Below, one piece after another: positions 57,179-64,000 of a stretch of DNA of 64,000 nt. Source of the DNA: Candidatus Omnitrophota bacterium (GTDB lineage: Bacteria > Omnitrophota > Gorgyraeia > DTHP01). Every line of letters begins with the position of its first letter. Position 1 is the first letter of the stretch. Made by a program: the position numbers and the translations under genes. Under the pieces are notes generated by a model. It saw only the letters and a list, made by a program, of their open reading frames with translations. It did no database searches and had not been told where the DNA came from. The DNA is taken from positions 5,584 to 69,583 of the forward strand of contig JAMWCW010000008.1 of assembly GCA_023819145.1 (NCBI GenBank), written 5' to 3'.

Positions 57179-58477
57179 ATGCATGAATTTAGATATGTGA
57201 AGGACAGTTTCTATTGTGAGGAAGTTAAGGTAGAGGTTTTAGCAAAGCATTTCGGAACGCCCCTCTATGTCTATAGCTATAACACCCTTATTGATCACTA
57301 TCTAAAATTAAAGCATGCCTTTCAAGAGAAAAAACCACTTATTTGCTATTCTGTGAAAGCCAATTCCAATCTTTCTATACTTAAAATCCTCGTCGATAAA
57401 GGAGCAGGATTAGACATTGTTTCCGGGGGAGAGCTTTTCCGTGCCTTAAAAGTAAAATGCCCTCCGCAAAGAATTGTTTATGCTTCCGTGGGGAAAACCG
57501 ATAGAGAAATTGAAGAAGCAATTAAGAAAGGGATTTTGTTCTTTAATATAGAGTCGCCCCCAGAGTTAGAAAATATAAATGATATTGCTAAAAAAATAAA
57601 GAAGAAAGCTGGTGTGGCTATTCGTATTAATCCCGATGTGGAACCAAAGACTCATAAATTCATTACTACAGGGAAACTAACCAATAAATTTGGTTTAGAT
57701 TTTAAGACCGCAGAGGAAATTTTAAAAAATAAGGCAAAATATCCTTGGGTAAGGATAAAAGGGTTACATATCCATATTGGTTCTCAGATTACCGAAAGTT
57801 CACCTTTTGTTTCAGCAATTAAAAAGTTGGTTGATTTTTATAACCAAATAAAAACAGAGAATGAAGATTTGGAATACCTCAATATCGGGGGTGGATTAGG
57901 TATTGTTTATCACAAAGAAAAGCCCCAGACGGCGGAAGAGTTTGCTTTGCAGGTGTTACCTATTTTGAGAAAAACAGGATTAAAAATTATTCTTGAACCA
58001 GGCAGATTTATCGCTGGGCCAAGTGGAATACTGGTGGTTAAGGTTTTATATATTAAGAATACTCCCTTAAAAAAATTTATTATTGTTGATGGAGGGATGA
58101 ATGATTTAATACGTCCAGCGCTATACGGTGCTTATCATGAGATAATACCACTGTGCCAGAACACCAGCGCCCCAACTACCAGTAAATATGATGTTGTGGG
58201 TCCGATTTGTGAAAGTGGAGATTTCTTTGCCAAAGACAGAGAATTGCCTCCTCTAAAAGGAGGGGATTATTTAGCAATAATGGGAACCGGTGCTTATGGG
58301 TTTAGTATGGCAAGTAATTATAACTCCCGACCAAGGCCTGCAGAAGTCTTAGTTAAGGAAGATAAGGCGTATCTTATTAGAAAAAGAGAAACCTATCAAG
58401 ACCTGATTGGGAATGAAATAGTTATGCATAAGCTCAAAGCTCAAAGCTCAAAACTAAAAACTAAAAACAAAAACTAA
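57179..58477 (+). CDS. lysA: diaminopimelate decarboxylase (with low-complexity C-terminal tail)
   Basis: Fold-III PLP decarboxylase pattern (YSVKAN, HIHIGSQ, CESGD). Confidence 0.9.
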   Translation: MHEFRYVKDSFYCEEVKVEVLAKHFGTPLYVYSYNTLIDHYLKLKHAFQEKKPLICYSVKANSNLSILKILVDKGAGLDIVSGGELFRALKVKCPPQRIVYASVGKTDREIEEAIKKGILFFNIESPPELENINDIAKKIKKKAGVAIRINPDVEPKTHKFITTGKLTNKFGLDFKTAEEILKNKAKYPWVRIKGLHIHIGSQITESSPFVSAIKKLVDFYNQIKTENEDLEYLNIGGGLGIVYHKEKPQTAEEFALQVLPILRKTGLKIILEPGRFIAGPSGILVVKVLYIKNTPLKKFIIVDGGMNDLIRPALYGAYHEIIPLCQNTSAPTTSKYDVVGPICESGDFFAKDRELPPLKGGDYLAIMGTGAYGFSMASNYNSRPRPAEVLVKEDKAYLIRKRETYQDLIGNEIVMHKLKAQSSKLKTKNKN

Positions 58478-58491
58478 AAACGCTAACTTCT

Positions 58492-59346
58492 ATGGATAAA
58501 GTTGATTTTGTAAAGATGGTGGCATCGGGTAATGATTTTGTGCTCATTGAAGGAAAGAGAAAAAAGCAACAATTAGCAAACTATAGCGATTTGGCAAAGA
58601 AAATCTGTGAGAGAAAATTCGGTGTGGGCGCAGATGGAATTTTGATAGTAGATAAATCAACTGTTGCCGATTTTAAGATGCGTATTTTTAATCCCGATGG
58701 TTCAGAGGCAGAGATGTGTGGAAATGGATTGCGTTGTGTTGCCCTTTTTGCAAAATCAAAAATAAAAAATTATGCCACAAAAATTAGTAGAGAAAAATCA
58801 AAAAATTTCAGAATAGAGACTGAAGCAGGAATCTTAGAGGCAACTGTTGAGGGAGATAAAGTGAAGATAAAAATGATTGAGCCTAAGGATTTAAAGATGG
58901 ATATAAGCCTCTATATCGGTGGAGAGAAATATATAGTTCATTATATCAACACGGGAGTTCCTCATGCTATTCTATTTGTAAATGACTTGAAAAACACCAA
59001 TGTCAAAGGATTGGGGAAGATTATTCGTTTTCATCCGCGGTTTTTGCCGCAAGGGACCAACGTTGATTTTGTGGAGGTAAAGGATAGGAGGAATATTTTG
59101 TTACGTACTTATGAGAGGGGAGTGGAAGACGAGACACTTGCCTGTGGAACCGGAGCTGTGGCTTCGGCAATAATTTCAAATTTAAAATTAAAAAAATCAA
59201 GAATGGAGAAAAATTGTGAAATAAAAGTACTTACCCAAGGTGGAGAAATATTAAAAGTTTTTTTTGAAAGAAAAGATGATAATTTCAAGAATGTTTGGTT
59301 AGAAGGCAATGCAAAAATAGTTTTTAAGGGGGTGTATTATGGATAA
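58492..59346 (+). CDS. dapF: diaminopimelate epimerase
   Basis: F.KM...GNDF N-terminus, and two catalytic Cys motifs (MCGNG, ACGTG). Confidence 0.85.
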   Translation: MDKVDFVKMVASGNDFVLIEGKRKKQQLANYSDLAKKICERKFGVGADGILIVDKSTVADFKMRIFNPDGSEAEMCGNGLRCVALFAKSKIKNYATKISREKSKNFRIETEAGILEATVEGDKVKIKMIEPKDLKMDISLYIGGEKYIVHYINTGVPHAILFVNDLKNTNVKGLGKIIRFHPRFLPQGTNVDFVEVKDRRNILLRTYERGVEDETLACGTGAVASAIISNLKLKKSRMEKNCEIKVLTQGGEILKVFFERKDDNFKNVWLEGNAKIVFKGVYYG

Positions 59347-60229
59347 GAATAAGTTTAAAGGCTCGATTGTAGCAATTGTTACGCCATTTAAAGAGGAGAA
59401 GGTTGATGAAAAAAGTTTTAAGAAATTATTAAATTTTCATGTTAAAGAAGGAACCGATGGCATAGTGCCTTGCGGGACAACGGGAGAATCTGCTACACTT
59501 TCTTTTGAGGAACACGAAAGGGTCATAGAACTTACTATAGAGAATGTAGGAGGAAGGATACCCGTAATTGCGGGGACAGGTTCCAATTCTACCACCGAAG
59601 CCATCATGCTTACCAAACATGCTAAAAAGGCAGGAGCCGATGCTTCTTTACAGGTTTCTCCTTATTATAACCGTCCCACTCAGAGAGGACTCTATGAACA
59701 TTTTAAGGCGATTGCAGAAGCGGTAGATATTCCTATCATTCTTTATAACATTGCCTCTCGAACAGGTGTGAATATTGAACCGGAAACGATGGCAAAACTT
59801 GCTCATGATTGTAGGAATATCATCGGAGTGAAAGAAGCCTCCGGTTCACTTGACCAGATGTCGCGGATTAAATCTCTTTGTCCTCCTAATTTTTTACTTA
59901 TTTCTGGAGACGATAGCCTTACTTTACCTATTCTTGCTATTGGAGGAGTAGGGGTTATTTCAGTAGTTGCCAATATTGTTCCACGGGAGGTTAAGAAGAT
60001 GATTTCTTCATTTGATAAAGGGGATATAGAAGAGGCAAGAGATATGCATTATAAATTACTTCCTTTGATAAAGGCGATGTTTATCGAGACAAATCCGATA
60101 CCCGTAAAAACTGCAATGGGACTTTTAGGTATGTGTAAAGCGGATATACGTCTTCCCTTATGTCCGATGAGCGTGGAAAACCTGGGAAAATTAAAGAATG
60201 CTCTTAAGGAGTACGGTTTACTTAAATAA
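59339..60229 (+). CDS. dapA: 4-hydroxy-tetrahydrodipicolinate synthase
   Basis: GSIVAIVTPF...VPCGTTGES and a Schiff-base Lys region. Confidence 0.9.
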   Translation: MDKNKFKGSIVAIVTPFKEEKVDEKSFKKLLNFHVKEGTDGIVPCGTTGESATLSFEEHERVIELTIENVGGRIPVIAGTGSNSTTEAIMLTKHAKKAGADASLQVSPYYNRPTQRGLYEHFKAIAEAVDIPIILYNIASRTGVNIEPETMAKLAHDCRNIIGVKEASGSLDQMSRIKSLCPPNFLLISGDDSLTLPILAIGGVGVISVVANIVPREVKKMISSFDKGDIEEARDMHYKLLPLIKAMFIETNPIPVKTAMGLLGMCKADIRLPLCPMSVENLGKLKNALKEYGLLK

Positions 60230-60245
60230 ACTTATGGAGGGATAA

Positions 60246-60956
60246 ATGATTAGACTGGCAGTAAGTGGTGCGTGTGGGAAAATGGGGACGAAGATTATCG
60301 AACTGGCAAGTAAAGATAAAGAGTTTCAATTAGTAGTTGCTTTAGAAGCGAAGGGGCATCCGAAGATAGGGGATGTTGTCCAGGGGTTTAAAATCAGCGA
60401 CAATCCCGAAGAAATTAAAAATACAGACTGTCTTGTTGAGTTTACTAATCCTTCTGCTACCATAGAGCATCTGAACATCGCCGTTAAATATAATAAAGCA
60501 ATGGTGATTGGAACCACGGGATTGAATGAAGAAGAGAAGTTAAAAATAAAAGATGCCTCACGTTATATTCCTATTGTTTCTTCTCCTAATATGTCGGTAG
60601 GTGTAAATCTCCTTTTTCGTTTGACACGTGAAGCTGCGAGCACGCTTACTTCCGAATATAAGGTAAAAATAATTGAAGCACATCACATTCATAAGAAAGA
60701 TGCCCCTTCTGGTACCGCAAAAGTGTTAGCGGAGATTATTAAGAAACATACAGGAAAAGAAGTTACCGATATAAAATCCATTCGTGAAGGAGAAATTGTG
60801 GGAGACCATCGTGTTATTTTTGATAGCCCTTTTGATACGATAGAATTGTTTCATTCTGCTAAGACACGCGATATTTTTGCTAAAGGCGCTCTGGTAGCAG
60901 CAAAGTTTGTGGTGAAACAGAGGCCCGGACTTTTTGATATGCAGGTGGTAAAATGA
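60246..60956 (+). CDS. dapB: 4-hydroxy-tetrahydrodipicolinate reductase
   Basis: GACGKMG N-terminal NAD(P) motif and E(A)HH.HK.DAPSGTA. Confidence 0.9.
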   Translation: MIRLAVSGACGKMGTKIIELASKDKEFQLVVALEAKGHPKIGDVVQGFKISDNPEEIKNTDCLVEFTNPSATIEHLNIAVKYNKAMVIGTTGLNEEEKLKIKDASRYIPIVSSPNMSVGVNLLFRLTREAASTLTSEYKVKIIEAHHIHKKDAPSGTAKVLAEIIKKHTGKEVTDIKSIREGEIVGDHRVIFDSPFDTIELFHSAKTRDIFAKGALVAAKFVVKQRPGLFDMQVVK

Positions 60957-62116
60957 TGAAAATAACCAAACGTCTTAAGCAACTACCTCCTTATCTCTTT
61001 GCTGAAATAGACCGCATAAAAAGGAGTATGCGTGAGAAAGGCATAGACCTTATTGATTTAGGAATAGGAGACCCCGACCAACCTACACCTGCTCATATTG
61101 TGGACAGTCTTTGCCGGGCTGCACACGTTCCAGCCAACCATCGTTACGCTCTTGACCAAGGATTATTAGAATTTAGAACAGCAGTTAGTAGATGGTACAA
61201 GAAGAGATTTAATGTAGAACTTGACCCTCACCATGAAATTTATCCTCTTATTGGCTCCAAAGAAGGGATTGCACATTTACCCCTTGCTTTTATCGATCCT
61301 CAAGAGATTGCCTTAATTCCCGATCCTTGTTATCCCCCTTACAAAAGCGGGGCTATCCTCGCTGGCGGTAAACCCTATCTTTTGCCTCTTCGTCCCAAGA
61401 ATAATTTTTTACCGGATTTTAAAAAAATCAGTAGTTCTATTCTTAAAAAAGCGCGCATATTTTTCTTAAATTATCCTAATAATCCCACCGCAAGTATATG
61501 CCCAGAAGAGTTCTATAAAGATGTAATTCGCTTTGCACAGAGAAACAAAATCCTTATCTGTCATGATGCGGCTTATTCCGAGATAAGCTTTGATACCTAT
61601 CGTGCCCCCAGCTTCCTTGAATTTCCTGGAGCAAAAGAGGTAGGGATTGAATTCCATTCACTTTCTAAAACCTATAATATGACAGGTTGGCGCATTGGAT
61701 GGGTTTGTGGAAATAGGGAAGCGGTTGGTGCGCTGGGTAAAGTAAAGACAAACATTGATTCGGGAATATTCCAAGCAATTCAAATTGCAGGGATATCGGC
61801 TTTGGAAGGCGACCAGTCGCATATAGAGCAGATGAATGCAATTTACAGAACAAGACGGGATTGTTTGATAGAAGGCTTAAGGAAAATTGGCTGGGAAATA
61901 AAAAAACCTTTAGCTACTTTTTATATCTGGGCTCCTTTACCTAAGCCTCATTATTCCTCTATAAAATTTGCCAAGCTTATTTTAGAAGAGGCAAATGTAG
62001 TAGTAACCCCGGGAGTAGGTTTTGGGAAAGCAGGGGAGGGTTTTGTCAGATTTAGTTTAACTAATTCTGTAGAGAGAATTAGCGAGGCGATAGAGAGAAT
62101 AAAGAAGGTATTGTAA
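60953..62116 (+). CDS. dapL: class I/II PLP aminotransferase, probable LL-diaminopimelate aminotransferase
   Basis: LPPYLFAEID...LIDLGIGDPD N-terminus typical of DapL. The dapF/A/B/lysA context has no dapD/dapE. Confidence 0.6.
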   Translation: MMKITKRLKQLPPYLFAEIDRIKRSMREKGIDLIDLGIGDPDQPTPAHIVDSLCRAAHVPANHRYALDQGLLEFRTAVSRWYKKRFNVELDPHHEIYPLIGSKEGIAHLPLAFIDPQEIALIPDPCYPPYKSGAILAGGKPYLLPLRPKNNFLPDFKKISSSILKKARIFFLNYPNNPTASICPEEFYKDVIRFAQRNKILICHDAAYSEISFDTYRAPSFLEFPGAKEVGIEFHSLSKTYNMTGWRIGWVCGNREAVGALGKVKTNIDSGIFQAIQIAGISALEGDQSHIEQMNAIYRTRRDCLIEGLRKIGWEIKKPLATFYIWAPLPKPHYSSIKFAKLILEEANVVVTPGVGFGKAGEGFVRFSLTNSVERISEAIERIKKVL

Positions 62117-62125
62117 TAGATTGAT

Positions 62126-62620
62126 TTGCACCTTACCTTATTCAGAGAAATGAAGGTTTGCTATATCGGTGTAGGTTCAAATCAGGGTAATCGTCTGAGG
62201 AATATAAATAAAGCAATTGTGTTCTTAAAACAAGATAAAAAAATTAGATTCTTAAGAAGGTCGCGTATTTATGAAACTGAGCCCCTTGGACCTCCACAGA
62301 GAAAATTTCTTAATGGTATTTGGAAAATTAAAACCGAATACTCGCCTTTTGAACTTTTGGAACGATTGAAAGAGATTGAATCTCTATTGGGAAGAAAGAG
62401 TTCTGTAAGATGGGGACCAAGGCCCATAGATTTGGACATTCTTTTTTATAATCGCTTAATTTTGAATAATAGAAGATTAATCATTCCTCATCCAGAAGTT
62501 GCAAAACGTATCTTTGTGCTTAAACCATTGAGTGAGATTTCTCCTTTTTTGAGACATCCGGTAATGAAGAGAACAATAAAAACTCTCTTGAAAAATTATG
62601 AAGATAGTAAGAAAAATTAA
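62126..62620 (+). CDS. folK: 2-amino-4-hydroxy-6-hydroxymethyldihydropteridine pyrophosphokinase
   Basis: IGVGSNQGN, ETEPLGP, RWGPRPIDLDIL HPPK motifs. Confidence 0.85.
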   Translation: MHLTLFREMKVCYIGVGSNQGNRLRNINKAIVFLKQDKKIRFLRRSRIYETEPLGPPQRKFLNGIWKIKTEYSPFELLERLKEIESLLGRKSSVRWGPRPIDLDILFYNRLILNNRRLIIPHPEVAKRIFVLKPLSEISPFLRHPVMKRTIKTLLKNYEDSKKN

Positions 62621-63443
62621 AAGGATGCAAAATTTGGTTAAAGATTTAAAACAAAAAGGAAAAACTATTGGTTTTGTCCCAACGATGGGATACCTTCATA
62701 ATGGGCATCTTTCTTTAGCGCGCCAGGCAAGAAAAGATAATGATTTTGTAGTACTAAGTATTTTTGTTAATCCTCTACAGTTTGGTCCAAAAGAGGATTT
62801 CAAACGTTATCCTCGCGATTTCAAAAGAGATATGAGATTAGCAAAAGAGGTGGGGGTGGATATAATCTTTATTCCTCAAGATAAGGAGATGTATCCTCAA
62901 GACTATGTTACCTATGTAGAAGTAGAACGACTTACAAAAAAACTCTGTGGTCGTTTTCGCCCGGGGCACTTTAAAGGAGTAACCACGGTAGTAATGAAAC
63001 TCTTTAACATTGTAAATCCCGATGTTGCTTACTTTGGTCAAAAAGATGCTCAGCAGGCAAGGATAATTGAAAAGATGGTAGAAGACCTTAATATGAATAT
63101 CAAGATTAAAATCTTGCCTATTGTCAGAGAAAAGGACGGACTGGCAATGAGTTCGCGCAATGTCTATTTGAGCCCTCAGGAACGAGAAAGAGCAGTTTGT
63201 CTCTATGAGGCATTGAAGAAAGCAGAAGAGATGGTTTCTCAGGGTATAAGAAATGCAGAAAAAATAAGAAGAGAGATAAAAAAAGTTCTTGCTAAAAAAA
63301 AGGTTTATCGTATAGACTATATAGAAGTAGTAGACGCCAAAACTCTTACACCACTTAATAAATTAGAAGGTAAGATATTGATTGCTTTAGCGGTTTGGAT
63401 TGGCAGGACTCGCTTGATTGACAATACAATATTAACTCTTTAA
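62598..63443 (+). CDS. panC: pantoate--beta-alanine ligase
   Basis: GFVPTMGYLHNGHLSL HIGH-type motif. Confidence 0.9.
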   Translation: MKIVRKIKRMQNLVKDLKQKGKTIGFVPTMGYLHNGHLSLARQARKDNDFVVLSIFVNPLQFGPKEDFKRYPRDFKRDMRLAKEVGVDIIFIPQDKEMYPQDYVTYVEVERLTKKLCGRFRPGHFKGVTTVVMKLFNIVNPDVAYFGQKDAQQARIIEKMVEDLNMNIKIKILPIVREKDGLAMSSRNVYLSPQERERAVCLYEALKKAEEMVSQGIRNAEKIRREIKKVLAKKKVYRIDYIEVVDAKTLTPLNKLEGKILIALAVWIGRTRLIDNTILTL

Positions 63444-63467
63444 GGCCGATTAATCTGAATAACTGAA

Positions 63468-63827
63468 ATGATGCGTATAATGTTTAAGTCCAAAATCCAC
63501 GGTGCAGTGGTAACTGATGCTAATCTGGAATATGAAGGAAGTATTACCATCGATAAGGAATTACTTGAGAAAGCAGATATTTTAGTGGGAGAAAGAGTCC
63601 AGATTCTTAATATTAATAACGGAATGCGTGTGGAAACTTATGTCATAGAGGGTAAACGCGGTTCAGGGACCATATGCATGAACGGTCCTGCTGCTCGCTG
63701 GGCAGAGATAGGAGATAAGATTATTATTATTTCTTATGTTTTGGTGGAGGAAGAAGAAATAAAGAAATTTAAGATAAGAAAAGTATTTGTGGACGATAAG
63801 AATAGACCAGTAAAAATAAAAGGATAG
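63468..63827 (+). CDS. panD: aspartate 1-decarboxylase
   Basis: [25 protein letters not shown], with the pyruvoyl-forming Gly-Ser self-cleavage site. Confidence 0.9.
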   Translation: MMRIMFKSKIHGAVVTDANLEYEGSITIDKELLEKADILVGERVQILNINNGMRVETYVIEGKRGSGTICMNGPAARWAEIGDKIIIISYVLVEEEEIKKFKIRKVFVDDKNRPVKIKG

Positions 63828-63830
63828 AAA

Positions 63831-64000
63831 ATGGTTTACACGGTAGATGATGAAAGAAAATATATCGAGCATCTCAAACAAAGGATATCTGAACTTAAGA
63901 AGGAACGCAAGGCAGTAATTGTTGTTCATAATTATCAACGTGAAGAAGTCCAGGACATTGCCGATTACATTGGAGATAGTTTGGAATTGGCGCGTTCTGT
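63831..64000 (+). CDS. nadA: quinolinate synthase A (partial; continues past the window end)
   Basis: N-terminal [26 protein letters not shown] matches the NadA signature. Confidence 0.7.
   Translation, partial: MVYTVDDERKYIEHLKQRISELKKERKAVIVVHNYQREEVQDIADYIGDSLELARS

Noticed and set aside
1-64000. tRNA, rRNA, transposase or integrase genes
   Set aside because: I found no cloverleaf-compatible GTTCGAATC-type T-arm signatures in the intergenic spacers. No ORF has DDE transposase or tyrosine recombinase motifs. I therefore did not call the 12-kb region between gspE and gspF a mobile element.

Overview
This is an AT-rich bacterial window with no rRNA, tRNA, CRISPR array or recognisable transposase/integrase; almost every gene is callable from motifs. 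It has four blocks.

(1) ~0.9-13 kb: a glycan and peptide-modification island. It holds three Dpm1/ArnC-like GT2 polyprenyl-phosphate-sugar synthases, several polytopic GT-C (PMT_2/ArnT/GT39-like) transferases, a GT4, a SAM methyltransferase and a B12-binding radical SAM enzyme. Embedded in it is a compact RiPP-like operon on the minus strand: HprK-related kinase, then radical SAM/SPASM maturase, then an unannotated 49-aa Cys-containing precursor ORF that I found by hand at 9141-9290, then a PqqD-family RRE. A PF14907-like nucleotidyltransferase sits convergent to it. This is my best candidate for the undescribed system.

(2) 14-21.6 kb: cspA, CBS protein plus permease, a bcd-etfB-etfA unit whose EtfA carries an N-terminal ferredoxin domain (CarE/LctC type), and gspE/pilB.

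(3) 21.9-43 kb: a sigma54-promoted secreted S8 subtilase with an acidic repeat, an 18-Cys domain and a (PT)n linker. It is followed by a scar region (terminators, an orphan promoter, a 25-bp tandem duplication, a duplicated outer-membrane-protein 3' fragment), an OMP with a C-terminal Phe, a second Dpm1/PMT/ArnE-like glycosylation module and a DsbD-like protein. Then come gspF-G-H-I-J-K, PilM/N-PilO-like genes, an FmdB zinc ribbon and a GAF-PAS-GGDEF-HD-GYP protein. gspE is therefore separated from the rest of the T2SS/T4P-like operon by about 12 kb.

(4) 43-64 kb: a canonical CIRCE site and promoter, then hrcA-grpE-dnaK-dnaJ, rplM-rpsI, and a packed biosynthetic run argCJBDFGH-lysA-dapFAB-dapL-folK-panCD-nadA (nadA partial).

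Recurrent intergenic motifs include TAGTTAAATAGTTAA, which gives a stop in all three frames.
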